A stretch of DNA of 64,000 bases, taken from IMG/VR virus record IMGVR_UViG_3300011005_000062, positions 1 to 64,000 of that record. The stretch is one strand, 5' to 3'. This DNA is from a virus. Shown one piece after another: positions 35,592 through 45,663 of the stretch. Both the position numbers and the translations under genes were made by a program. The first letter of the stretch is position 1, and each line of letters starts with the position of its first letter. The notes under the pieces were generated by a model. It was not told where the DNA came from. It searched no databases and saw only the letters and a list, made by a program, of their open reading frames with translations.

Positions 35592-36989
35592 ATGAATATT
35601 TTTGATAAAACATATTTGAATATAATAAATGAATGGAATTCTAATCTTTTGTTAGAAGCTAATTTAAAGTCTTTAATACCATTAATACAAGATAATTTAT
35701 TAATGGGACAAACATATCAGAATTTAGATGATGAAGACAAGAAAGGTTTACAATATAATATAAATAAAATTTTAAATAATATTGAATCTAAAGTAAATGA
35801 AATAACAGATAATAAACAATATCAAAGTTGGATTTATAATATATTAAAAAATCAAGATGTTGATTATGTAGATTTAAAACCAATTGAAAATGCTATATTT
35901 GAATTTAATAAACTTGCCAAAAGACCAGATTTAAAACCTAATCAAAAGAATATTCAAAATTATAAATCTTTAAATGATTTACTTGTATTTATAGATAATT
36001 TTAAAGAAGATCATAAATTACAAAGTAATATATATAAAAATTTAAAGAAAGTATATCAAAATGATGAATTTACAGTATATTTTATAAATAAAGATCAATA
36101 TGAAGAATGCAATAAATTATTTGGAGGAACCGAATATTTTAACACAGGTTGGTGTATAGCTAAGAATAAAGAATATTTTAATAGATATATATATGAATCT
36201 AAAGATAAATATAATGGTTATTTTGTATTTATAAAAGATAATAAACCTTATGCTTTACTTCATTATGGATCAGGTCAAATTAAAGATACTTCAGATAAAC
36301 CATTAAAATTAAAAAATTCAAATATTATAGATTGTTTATATAATATTAATAATAATATAAAAGATTATGAAAATGATTATGAATTGTTATTTTATAAAGA
36401 ATTAATACTTAATGATAAAAAGTTAATAATTAACACTTGGTTAAAACAACATCCAGATAAAACAAAAAAAGATTATATTGCAAATCAAATTGGTGGAGAA
36501 TATGATGCTAAAACTAATACATTAGATTGTAAAGGTAATCATATTAGATTTAAAAATGAATGGTTAAATAATGAAGGTACATTTGATTTTAATTTAATTA
36601 ATATGTCTGATAATTTAAATCTTATGTTTTACATTTGTACTGATTTAAGAAAACTACCAGATAATTTTATTATTCCAGAAGGTACTAAATCTTGTACTTA
36701 TATGTTTCAAGATTGTGTAAATTTAACAGAATTACCTAATAATTTTGTTTTACCAGATAGTATTAATACATGCTATTGTATGTTTCATAATTGTTTTAAA
36801 TTAGAAAAATTACCAGATAATTTTACTATTCCAGATAATGTCAAAGATTGTCATAATATGTTTAATGGATGTTTTGATTTAAAAGAATTACCTAAGAATT
36901 TTTCTATACCTAAAAATAGTAATTATGACAATATATTTAAAAATTCAGGTTTAGAAGGTAAATATAATCCAAAAGATTTATTAAGATAA
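35592..36989 (+). CDS. BspA-like repeat protein (paralog 2)
   Basis: MNIFDKTYLNIINEWNSNLLLEANLKSL; FNTGWCIAK; LPDNFTIP repeats. Confidence 0.75.
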   Translation: MNIFDKTYLNIINEWNSNLLLEANLKSLIPLIQDNLLMGQTYQNLDDEDKKGLQYNINKILNNIESKVNEITDNKQYQSWIYNILKNQDVDYVDLKPIENAIFEFNKLAKRPDLKPNQKNIQNYKSLNDLLVFIDNFKEDHKLQSNIYKNLKKVYQNDEFTVYFINKDQYEECNKLFGGTEYFNTGWCIAKNKEYFNRYIYESKDKYNGYFVFIKDNKPYALLHYGSGQIKDTSDKPLKLKNSNIIDCLYNINNNIKDYENDYELLFYKELILNDKKLIINTWLKQHPDKTKKDYIANQIGGEYDAKTNTLDCKGNHIRFKNEWLNNEGTFDFNLINMSDNLNLMFYICTDLRKLPDNFIIPEGTKSCTYMFQDCVNLTELPNNFVLPDSINTCYCMFHNCFKLEKLPDNFTIPDNVKDCHNMFNGCFDLKELPKNFSIPKNSNYDNIFKNSGLEGKYNPKDLLR

Positions 36990-36990
36990 A

Positions 36991-38283
36991 ATGAATAAGT
37001 TTGAGCAAGCATATTTGAATATAATAAATGAATGGAATTCTAATTTACTTTTAGAAGCTAATTTAAAGTCTTTAATTCCTAATATTCAACAAAAATTAAT
37101 AGGTAATAGAACATATTCAGAATTAACTGATAAAGAAAAAGAAAATTTACAAAATGATATTAAATTATTTTTAGATACAATTAAAGATAAAGTAAATGAA
37201 ATAACAGATAATAAACAATATCAATCATGGATTTATACTTGTCTTAAAAATAATGAAATAAATTTAACACCAAATAACGTAAATAAACTAAAATCATTAT
37301 TATTAGAATTTACTAGATTATGTAAAAGACCCGATTTAAAACCAAATCAAAGAAATATAGAAAATTATAAATCTTTTAATGATTTATTTGCATTTGTAGA
37401 TTCATTTAAAGAAGAACACAAATTACAAAGTAATATATATAAGAATTTAAAGAAAATATATAGTAATGATGAATTTACAGTATACTTTATAAATTCAAAT
37501 CAATATGAAGAATGTAATAAGTTATTTGGTGGAAATGAATATTTTAATACTGGATGGTGTATAGCTAAAAATAAAGAACATTTTAATAGATATATACAAG
37601 ATGAACAAGATAAATATAATGGATATTTTGTATTTATAAAAGATAATAAACCATTTGCTCTTTTACATTATGGAAGTCAACAATTTAAAGATACTTCAGA
37701 TAAAACTTTAAAAACAGATAATTTAAATGTAATAGATTGTTTATATCATATTAATAATAATTTAGATAATTATAATAAAAATGATTTAAAATATTATAAA
37801 AATCAAATATTTTTAAAAGAAAATCCAAATGCGACTAAAGAAGATTTAATTGCATTTGAAATAGGTGGGGAATATGATCTAAAAACTAATACAATAGATT
37901 GTAAGGGTAATTATGTGCATTTTAAAAATGAATGGTTAGATGAAAATGGTACATTTAATTTTAATTTAATTAATACATCTAATAATTGGAATTATATGTT
38001 TTATACTTGTAGTAATTTATTAAAATTACCAGATAATTTTAAAATTCCAGAAAATATTAAATACTGTACTTCTATGTTTAGCTATTGTATTAATTTAAAA
38101 GAATTACCAAATAATTTTACTATACCAAATAATGTTCAAAGATGTGATTTAATGTTTTATGAATGTAAAAAATTAAAAGAATTACCAAAATCATTTACAA
38201 TTCCTGAAAATAGTTCTTATAAAGATATATTTTATTATTCAGGATTAGAAGGTAAATATAATCCAAAAGATTTATTAAGATAA
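36991..38283 (+). CDS. BspA-like repeat protein (paralog 3)
   Basis: MNKFEQAYLNIINEWNSNLLLEANLKSLIP; strong similarity to paralog 2, identical C-terminus GLEGKYNPKDLLR. Confidence 0.75.
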   Translation: MNKFEQAYLNIINEWNSNLLLEANLKSLIPNIQQKLIGNRTYSELTDKEKENLQNDIKLFLDTIKDKVNEITDNKQYQSWIYTCLKNNEINLTPNNVNKLKSLLLEFTRLCKRPDLKPNQRNIENYKSFNDLFAFVDSFKEEHKLQSNIYKNLKKIYSNDEFTVYFINSNQYEECNKLFGGNEYFNTGWCIAKNKEHFNRYIQDEQDKYNGYFVFIKDNKPFALLHYGSQQFKDTSDKTLKTDNLNVIDCLYHINNNLDNYNKNDLKYYKNQIFLKENPNATKEDLIAFEIGGEYDLKTNTIDCKGNYVHFKNEWLDENGTFNFNLINTSNNWNYMFYTCSNLLKLPDNFKIPENIKYCTSMFSYCINLKELPNNFTIPNNVQRCDLMFYECKKLKELPKSFTIPENSSYKDIFYYSGLEGKYNPKDLLR

Positions 38284-38663
38284 TATGATCTTTAAAAGAT
38301 ATAAAAAATTATAAAATTAAGTTTAATTTATAAATGTTTTTATAAGTTTTAATCTAATACCTAAATATTAATTTTAGTATTTAAAAATACAAGTGAGTAG
38401 ATCAATATACCCCATATAATTTACTATCAAGGAGTTTATAATCAATTGTTATAAACTTAATCTTGTATAGATTTTAAAACTTACTGTAAAAGTTTTACTT
38501 ACAAACAGTTAAACATATTTAATGTTTTTACTTTGTAAAACTATATACTTTTAATATTTAATTTTTTATCAACGCAAATATTCAAAAATCTTTTAAATAT
38601 TATATATTTATTTATAAAAAATTTTATATTATTTATAAATTTTTATAACTTTTTATGATATTA

Positions 38664-38698
38664 TTTAATATAAAAAAGGTCAATTAAATTGACCTTTA
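38664..38698. terminator. Hairpin terminator-like element
   Basis: aaaaaaggtcaattaaattgacctttat inverted repeat. Confidence 0.65.
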
Positions 38699-39207
38699 TC
38701 ATTTTTAAATAAATTCCTATTCCATAGATTAGCTAGATCTTGAAAAGATTAATAGAATTTGACTATTTATTTACATTTTAAACTTATCTTTCTAATTATT
38801 CTTCACGTTAAACTACCAGACCAAATTGCTCGGGCTAGAATGGATTCGAACCATTACCTTTTAGATCAAAGTAAAAAACTTTATCAATAACCAAATCCTC
38901 ATCTTTAAAAGTGGAAAAACTAATAGCCAATTAGTAATTCATGCCACTTACTGATTTGAACAGTGTCTCCCACCAATATTCATGTGGTTGTTCTACCATT
39001 TGAACTATTATGACTCACTTCTAAAAAAGAATCTTATCAGAATTCTATTTAATTTTCAATCAACCAAATAAAAAATATTTACCAAATCGATTCAGATGTT
39101 CCATACATCAATACCCAAATCAAAAATGCACTGATTCCAAGAATAACCAAACTTTCACCAATAAATTCTTTTACGTCAAACTTTTTCATTCTTTTTCCTT
39201 ATATTTG

Positions 39208-39246
39208 ATATATTATAATATAATAGAAATATTTAAAAAATAAACT
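39208..39246 (-). promoter_or_regulatory. Candidate phage promoter (same motif)
   Basis: Minus-strand AGTTTATTTTTTAAATATTTCTATTATATTATAATATATC. Confidence 0.55.
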
Positions 39247-39424
39247 GTTTAATTAAAAAGAGGGCCGAGTAATGGACCATATCAAAAGTCTCAAAAACCA
39301 TTACTCGGCAGTTGTTAAATTGGCCCGCGTGAGTGGATTCTTACCACAGTCCTCTCAATTCGTCAATTGAGTATGCTTTACATTTATCACCATGTTCTGC
39401 GGATATTTTATTTTTCAAAAAAAT

Positions 39425-39745
39425 GGTGCGTCGCCCGAGACTCGAACTCGGTACCACCACATTAACATAATGTTTAATACGCAATACTTTAAACATCATC
39501 GACTATACCAACATCCGTTCTGGATGGCTGCCGTCTAGTCTGTACACATTCCCACATATTTCTATATGGTTAGCTCTGCGATAATTATCGGTTGTTTATT
39601 TCCAATACGTCCCCAGAATTTGACAGCTTTTCACTATAAATATTCCTATTTATAGGCTCCTACATCTAGTTTATTTTCAACTTAAGTAGTTGAGTGCGAA
39701 CTAGTTAAACAAGTGTGATGCTCTAACCTGATGAGCTAGCGACGC
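39425..39745 (-). tRNA. tRNA-Lys(UUU) interrupted by a group I-like intron
   Basis: Acceptor GCGTCGC/GCGACGC, D-arm GCTC..GAGC, anticodon stem TCACA/TGTGG, loop CTT|TTAA, T-arm CCGAG-TTCGAGT-CTCGG, CCA. Intron about 39467..39710 contains ACAGACTAGACGGCAG. Confidence 0.85.
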
Positions 39746-39814
39746 AATATATTTAATTTTCAATCAGCATTTATTTTATATTTATAATATAATAAAAGGA
39801 AAACAAATATAAAC

Positions 39815-40585
39815 TTATTTTTCAAAAAACTCTTTAATATTAGTTATAATTTGTTTACGTTCTTCTAAAGTTAATTTTTTATACCTACTCCAACGTATTC
39901 TTTTACCAATCCATCCATTATCAGATAAAAATTTTGTTCTTTCTTTATCAATATTAATTGTTTTTTTATCAGTATAATGACTTTCACCATCAATTTCTAA
40001 ATATTTTTTTAAATCTTGATTATAAAAATCTAATTGATATTTTCCAACTTGTAAATGAAAATGAGCATTAATATGTTGTGTAGTAATAATATAATTAAAA
40101 TATTTTTCCGGATAGGACATTTTTGAACTATGATTTAATAAATACGGAACTTTTTCTGGATGTTCACTTAAATATTTTTTCTTATTTCTGAGATATGTTT
40201 TTTCTGTTCTTCAGTCCAATGTTTTCCTTTAAATGATGGAATTATTTCACCGATTTTTATATCTTTGTTTTAATGTATTTGCTCTTTTTCTTACTCTTTC
40301 ATCTGTTTCTTTAGTTAAACCTTTATTCCATATTTGTCTATCCTTTCTAACATGTAAAAGTTTATTGTGTTGTAATAATAAAAATCTGGTTTCAAAAATT
40401 TTATCACATAATGTACATTTCCAAGTTCCATATGGTGCTTTTGATTTATTTTTTGGCCAATTACATACATGATGTTTGGTTTGTTTACCTACATAAACAT
40501 GAGAACAATGTTTAGAACAAAATCTTCCACTTCCATAAGAGCCATCATGCTCTTTACCACAACTTTCACAAATAAATTTATCCAT
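39815..40585 (-). CDS. Homing-type endonuclease with one CGGT four-base site plus one -1-type break
   Basis: MDKFICESCGKEHDGSYGSGRFCSKHCS...NTLKQRYKN-[CGGT 40249..40252]-EIIPSFKGKHWTEEQKKHISEIRK.. then ..YLSEHPEKVPYLLNHSSKMSYPEKYFNYII...YLEIDGESHYTD...DNGWIGKRIRW. Confidence 0.75.
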
Positions 40586-41288
40586 AACTATTATACTAAA
40601 AAATCCTTAAATTTGGTTACGGACAAATTTAAGGACTTTATTAAATCTAGAAAACTAGATATATTTTTAAATTAATTCAGAATCCTAAAATTAACCGTAA
40701 CTTTAATTTTATTTTTCTATAATTATTTATTATTTTCTGGATAAAAATAGGTATTTTTTAAATAAAAATATAAAAAAATCTAAGTTTAATTAAATAAACT
40801 TAGATTAAATATTATTCAGTTTAATATAAATTAATATTTTAAATAAACTTTTTTACCCATTCTTGAGCTTCTGCTAATTCTTTTTTGGTAGGAATAAAAT
40901 GACCATTTTCATCGCATTCATGAACAATATATTTATTAGTAAAATTTGTTGCACGAGAAGTTTTTCTTGCTTCTCTATCATGATCACGCCAATTTTTTGC
41001 AAACCATTTAAGTTTTTCATCAGATCTAACAGTAGCAAGATCAGTTTTATTCATAGCAATTAGAGAATCGTATTCCCAATCATGAAGAATAAATTCGTGA
41101 GCAATTTTAAACATCATATCTTCTTTATAATCACCATATTTTGCAACAAACTTAAATACACCAAACATATTAAATCCTTTCTTTTTGTTATATTATAATA
41201 TAATAGAAATTTTTATTAAATAAATAAAAATGGTTTAAAATTGTAATTTTAAATCATTTAAATACTTCAATTTAATTTTGTTTAAATA

Positions 41289-42167
41289 TTAATCATCAGT
41301 ATCAACACCGAGTTGTTCTAATTCTGACGCTAAAACTTGAACTTCTTTAAATATTTTGATATAATAATAAGTAGCATATAGATCTATTTTACCTGCTTTC
41401 CATTCTTCAAATTCTTTTTCTGATGGAATTTCATGATATTCATTTTCTGTTCTATTATACATTAATTTATTAGTATCTCTATCTAAAACAATACCTGATT
41501 TATCTGCTCTTACATCATAATTTCTACCAATACTTACTGTATTCCAGAATTTACTTAATGCATCTTCTAATGATGTAGCACCTTTAATAGTTTCATCAAA
41601 AGTTGTACTTCCAACATATTTACCTTCACCATTTTCATAATTATCGGTATATGTTTCTTGTTCAACTATAAATGTATAATTACCAGCAGAATCAACTGGA
41701 TGATCAGCATCTTCATTGATTACAACATCTTCTCCATCAAATGTATCTGGATTTTCAGTACCATCAAAATAAACGGATAATGATTTAAATTCATTCCATG
41801 AATTTTTATTTAATACAAACCACCAATATCTTCCTGTACCATTATCTGCTGGATCAGGATAATATATATAACAATAATCACACTGTTTACCTTGATTGAT
41901 CATTTGATCAAATGAAAGATTTTTATATTTTTTTGCACGAGTTGGTATTTCATCTTCAAACCAGTCACACATATCAACTTCTGGTTCTAATTGACGCATT
42001 TCAGAACGACTATCATAACAAAGTTCAGAAATTTTATTTATATCATTATAATTTGTATATAAAATTTCACCAACTCCACCTTTAATATATCCATCATATT
42101 TTACATCAAATCCAGAAAATAATCCAGTATTTGGATTTTTAATAAATACTGCAGCATATGTACTCAT
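41289..42167 (-). CDS. Hypothetical protein, 292 aa
   Basis: Intact ORF with candidate promoter upstream. Confidence 0.5.
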   Translation of the reverse strand: MSTYAAVFIKNPNTGLFSGFDVKYDGYIKGGVGEILYTNYNDINKISELCYDSRSEMRQLEPEVDMCDWFEDEIPTRAKKYKNLSFDQMINQGKQCDYCYIYYPDPADNGTGRYWWFVLNKNSWNEFKSLSVYFDGTENPDTFDGEDVVINEDADHPVDSAGNYTFIVEQETYTDNYENGEGKYVGSTTFDETIKGATSLEDALSKFWNTVSIGRNYDVRADKSGIVLDRDTNKLMYNRTENEYHEIPSEKEFEEWKAGKIDLYATYYYIKIFKEVQVLASELEQLGVDTDD

Positions 42168-43517
42168 ATTATTTTTAATTCCTTTATGTTAATCCTTAAT
42201 AATATAATTATTTATTATTATTTATTTATTTTGTTACTATATCTTTCCAATGCCATTTGATATTTATCCAGCCAGCAAATATGTCATTATAATAATTATC
42301 TCCTTCATAATCAATTATAATAGATCCAATTCGTTTAACTTTAATTGAATTTAAACACCAGTGTTCTTTTGTATATGGTGCATCTTCAACATATTTAGCT
42401 ACTTTTTTAGGAGTATAAATAACTGAATTTTTGTTTATAAGTAATTCATATACATAATATGTATAATTATACATTACTCCACACATAGCAACTAAACATT
42501 TATCAATACTACTACAACAACAAATTCTTGGTATAGTAGTATCTTCAAATCCTAATTCTGCTTGTTCTGGAATTCTAGGAGTTAATTCAAATAAATTATT
42601 ATTTGTTGAAATATGATAAAGTTTATATCTCATTTTTAATAAATATCAAACCAATTCATCATTACGCTAAGTGCTTCATCATAAGAATGTGAAGACGTAA
42701 CTTCTTTTACAAATTCATTCACTTTATCTTTCATATTATTTTCTTTAAGTGCGTGTGAACAAATTCCAATCAAATTGAAAACATTTCCATCTTCACCAAC
42801 CAGTTTAACTTTAATACCTGTTTTACTCATTATTTCATTTCCTTAATTATTTTTAGGTGCATACCAAATACAATGAGAATAATCATTAGCATTTATGATT
42901 TTTGAAATTCTTATTTCATAAGGAATATTTTCATCATATCTATCAGGATCAAAATCAGCTTTCCACCAATCATCATTAGGAGTACAATACTGTATATTAG
43001 GATTATTTTGAATAGTTTTAACCATTTCATTTACATATTTATATGCATCATAATGAGTAACAAAAAATCCAATAGTATTAATACATTTCTTACTAATAAT
43101 TATAACAACATACCTTTCCATTTTATTTATTACCTTTCATATTACGTTTAAATATCAAATTTATTAAAAACAATTACCAATTCATTCCAAGAGCCAAAGT
43201 TAGAATGCTTTGCCATTCTTTATTTGTAAATACTCGATGAATTTGTTTAGTAGGATTATTATCAAATGCAGGTTTTCCAATAGTGGGATCAAAACCATCG
43301 AAATAAATTTTTTTATCTGCAGTAATAAAACCATAGTTATTCGCTTGACCAATAAACGCATCATCTTTACATTGATGACGAAGATTAGTTAGAACAATAA
43401 GATTATTAATTCCTGGTATAGAGTAAATAACTGTATAACATTCTTCATCTTTAATAGTAATAGTACGACCTTTCACGTCAGTAATTTTATTCATATTAAT
43501 ATACCTTTAGGTTTAAT

Positions 43518-43554
43518 TTATATTATAATATAATAGAAATATTTAAAAAATAAA
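43518..43554 (-). promoter_or_regulatory. Candidate phage promoter (same motif)
   Basis: Minus-strand GTTTATTTTTTAAATATTTCTATTATATTATAATATAAA, upstream of 43174..43494. Confidence 0.55.
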
Positions 43555-43605
43555 CAAAAAATGCTAAGATGATCAGTCTTAGCAATCTTTGTATTGTAAA
43601 TGCAA

Positions 43606-43683
43606 TAATCAATGAGTGGATTTGAACCACCACGATCCTTTCTCCCAATAGGGAGTGCTCTTCCAGATTGAGCTACATTGATC
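43606..43683 (-). tRNA. tRNA-like, anticodon unresolved
   Basis: ATCAATG/CATTGAT acceptor, GCTCAATCTGGAAGAGC D-arm, TTCAAAT T-loop; anticodon region CTCCCTATTGGGAG folds oddly. Confidence 0.6.
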
Positions 43684-43763
43684 ATTTAGTAATTGATTAA
43701 TATTTGGCGCCTTTAATTAAAATCAACTACTTATTTACAATTTTTAAATCTCCAATAAATTTC

Positions 43764-43832
43764 ATAATTGGAATCGAACCAATCTCTCTAGGCCGATCAC
43801 CTAGTGTCCTGCCGATAGACGATATGTTTTAT
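43764..43832 (-). tRNA. tRNA-like gene with mismatches at acceptor positions 1-3; identity unresolved
   Basis: AAACATA...TATGAAA (positions 4-7 pair, 1-3 do not), D-stem GTCT/GGAC, anticodon stem CTAGG/CCTAG with loop TGATCGG, T-arm ATTGG-TTCGATT-CCAAT, no encoded CCA. Confidence 0.5.
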
Positions 43833-43884
43833 CTTTGATTTATATTATAATATAATAGAAATATTTAAAAAATAAACAAAAAAA

Positions 43885-43959
43885 TGGAGCTCAGGACGAG
43901 ATTTGCACTCGTGTAAGAATGTTTTGCAGACATTTGCCTAACTATTCGACCACCTGAGC
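43885..43959 (-). tRNA. tRNA-Cys(GCA)
   Basis: Acceptor GCTCAGG/CCTGAGC, anticodon arm AATGT-CTGCAAA-ACATT, CCA. Confidence 0.85.
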
Positions 43960-43964
43960 TTAAA

Positions 43965-44040
43965 TGGTAGCTGATAGTAGAGTTGCACTACTCAATATTG
44001 CTTATGAGGCAATTGTTTTACTGCTAGACTAATCAGCTAT
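43965..44040 (-). tRNA. tRNA with CAU anticodon (Met-type)
   Basis: AGCTGAT/ATCAGCT acceptor, loop CTCATAA, CCA. Confidence 0.8.
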
Positions 44041-44240
44041 AATTTGTATAAAATTTTTACTGATTCTAAATGGAATTTTAAATATAATAAATCCATCAGA
44101 ACCATCATTACAAATACTTTTTTCTTTAACTTTAAATATTTGATCTTTATGCAAATCAATCCAATGTTTAAAATCTTCAGTCATAAAGTATTCATTATTT
44201 TTTACTATTTTAACTAACATTTAATATATTTCCTATCAAT

Positions 44241-44315
44241 TGGCAAGCCGTCAAAGACTCGAACTCTGAATTGTTCTTTTGGAGAGAACTGTGTTACCAA
44301 TTACACTAACGACTT
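44241..44315 (-). tRNA. tRNA-Trp(CCA)
   Basis: AAGTCGT/ACGGCTT acceptor, GTTCT-CTCCAAA-AGAAC anticodon arm. Confidence 0.87.
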
Positions 44316-44335
44316 ATATATTTAATTTTCAAAAT

Positions 44336-44410
44336 TGGTGTGTCTGTTGCGAATCGAACGCAAATGTCCTCAGCCACAATGAGGCGAACTAACCATTGTC
44401 CTACAGACAC
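44336..44410 (-). tRNA. tRNA-His(GUG)
   Basis: GTGTCTG/CAGACAC acceptor, CCTCA-TTGTGGC-TGAGG anticodon arm, CCA. Confidence 0.87.
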
Positions 44411-44426
44411 CATCAGCAAAATATAT

Positions 44427-44501
44427 TGGTACACCTACTAAGAATTGAACTTAGATTTGAAGGTCCGTAGCCTACCGTTCTATCCGTTAAACTATAGGTG
44501 T
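44427..44501 (-). tRNA. tRNA-Arg(ACG)
   Basis: ACACCTA/TAGGTGT acceptor, loop CTACGGA, T-arm CTAAG-TTCAATT-CTTAG, CCA. Confidence 0.85.
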
Positions 44502-44515
44502 ATAAAATTTCAAAA

Positions 44516-44594
44516 TGGTGGGACCTTGTGGAATTGAACTACAGCCTTCGGATTTTCAGTCCAATGTACAAATAACCACCTATACGAAAGTCCC
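44516..44594 (-). tRNA. tRNA-Phe(GAA)
   Basis: Anticodon arm TTGGA-CTGAAAA-TCCGA, GGGAC.../...GTCCC acceptor, CCA. Confidence 0.85.
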
Positions 44595-44703
44595 AGTTTG
44601 TAACTAATATCAGTTATTTTTTAAATGTAACTATTATAATGTTACAATATTTAATATATGGAAGTTTTTACTAAATAATAAAATTATCCATATAATAAAA
44701 ACA

Positions 44704-44780
44704 TGGTAGGAATAATTGGATTCAAACCAATGACCTATGCGGTGTAAACGCATTGCTCTCTTCAACTGAGCTATATTCCT
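44704..44780 (-). tRNA. tRNA-Val(UAC)
   Basis: AGGAATA/TATTCCT acceptor, ATGCG-TTTACAC-CGCAT anticodon arm, CCA. Confidence 0.87.
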
Positions 44781-44788
44781 ATAAAATA

Positions 44789-44864
44789 TGGTAGGCATAC
44801 CTGGACTCGCACCAGGATTCCTGCTTTATCAGAGCAGTTTCCTAACTTTTGGAAGATACGCCTA
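44789..44864 (-). tRNA. tRNA-Ile(GAU)
   Basis: CTGCT-CTGATAA-AGCAG anticodon arm, AGGC.../...GCCT acceptor, CCA. Confidence 0.83.
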
Positions 44865-44868
44865 TAAA

Positions 44869-45263
44869 TGGTGGAAGTGAGGGGGATTTGAACCCCCTGT
44901 GTTACTAATATAATGATTATTATTCATTCACAATCATAGTTAATTTTTAAGGAATTAACAAACCTTTGATAGAATAAAGTTCTACGGATATCCTCTATCA
45001 ATCTTCCGCTAAAGTTCCAACCGTCTTTTCGTCTAGTGTTTCATCAAGTTAGGAACGGCCTCTCACTACACTATAACTATCAGAAAAAATGACATCTCAC
45101 AAACTATCTGAGTCATTTGATATTGATGTGTTGCTTTTTAATTAAGCAGCAAGTGCGAAATTATCTTCGACAATTATTTTTTAATCAGCTTTTAATGTAG
45201 CCAACTGATCAACTACAGATTGCATAATAGCATTATATTAATAGTCGAATCCAAAACACTCCC
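44869..45263 (-). ncRNA. ssrA: tmRNA (ssrA), phage-encoded
   Basis: 5' GGGAGTGTTTTGGATTCGAC, 3' CAGGGGGTTCAAATCCCCCTCACTTCCACCA, closing stem GGGAGTG/CACTTCC. Tag reading frame ends ...VEDNFALAA-TAA (stop 45142..45144). Confidence 0.9.
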
Positions 45264-45323
45264 AATTAATATTATTTATTTAATTTTCAATCAACCCTTT
45301 ATTATATAAAATATAATAAAACT

Positions 45324-45398
45324 TGGTGGACACAGAAGGTACTCGAAACCTTATCTCTCATCTTGCTAAGATGAACTCTTCCTCTTGAGTTACTGGCC
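45324..45398 (-). tRNA. tRNA, apparent anticodon AGC (Ala-like), weak acceptor pairing
   Basis: TCATC-TTAGCAA-GATGA anticodon arm, AAGGT-TTCGAGT-ACCTT T-arm, CCA. Confidence 0.6.
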
Positions 45399-45405
45399 CA
45401 TAATT

Positions 45406-45478
45406 TGGTGGACCGCTCCGGAATTGCACCGGACCACAAAGATGCAAACCTCGTATGCTACTATTACACCAAGCGCCC
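45406..45478 (-). tRNA. tRNA-Ala(UGC)
   Basis: GGGCGCT...AGCGGTC, loop TTTGCAT, CCA. Confidence 0.78.
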
Positions 45479-45494
45479 ACAATATATAACAATT

Positions 45495-45568
45495 TGGTGC
45501 GAATAAAGAGAATCGAACTCTTACCTGATGCTTGGAGGGCACTTATACTACCATTATACTATATTCGC
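45495..45568 (-). tRNA. tRNA-Gly(UCC), conventional A37
   Basis: GCGAATA/TATTCGC, D-region GTATAATGGTAGTAT as in bacterial tRNA-Gly, loop CCTCCAA. Confidence 0.78.
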
Positions 45569-45587
45569 ATCATATTATTTTTTAATA

Positions 45588-45663
45588 TGGTAGGGCATGC
45601 CGGTAACGCTCCGAGCGTCTAGAGATTGAAAGCCTCTTATCCTTACTTTTAGACGAATGCCCC
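45588..45663 (-). tRNA. tRNA-Glu(UUC)
   Basis: GGGGCAT/ATGCCCT, AGAGG-CTTTCAA-TCTCT, CCA. Confidence 0.8.

Noticed and set aside
39320-39401. Sequence CTCAATTGACGAATTGAG as an 8-nt-loop frameshift tRNA
   Set aside because: The loop would be TTGACGAA; it contains no CCG and could also pair as a 6-bp stem. It does not match CGGN, and acceptor pairing is weak.
43606-43683. Odd anticodon arm CTCCCTATTGGGAG as a decoder candidate
   Set aside because: Contains no NCCG sequence; identity unresolved but not compatible with CGGN.
44427-44501. tRNA-Arg(ACG), loop CTACGGA, as the CGGN decoder
   Set aside because: Its anticodon bases ACG (or ACGG) pair with CGU/CCGU, not with CGGN, and it would not insert Gly.
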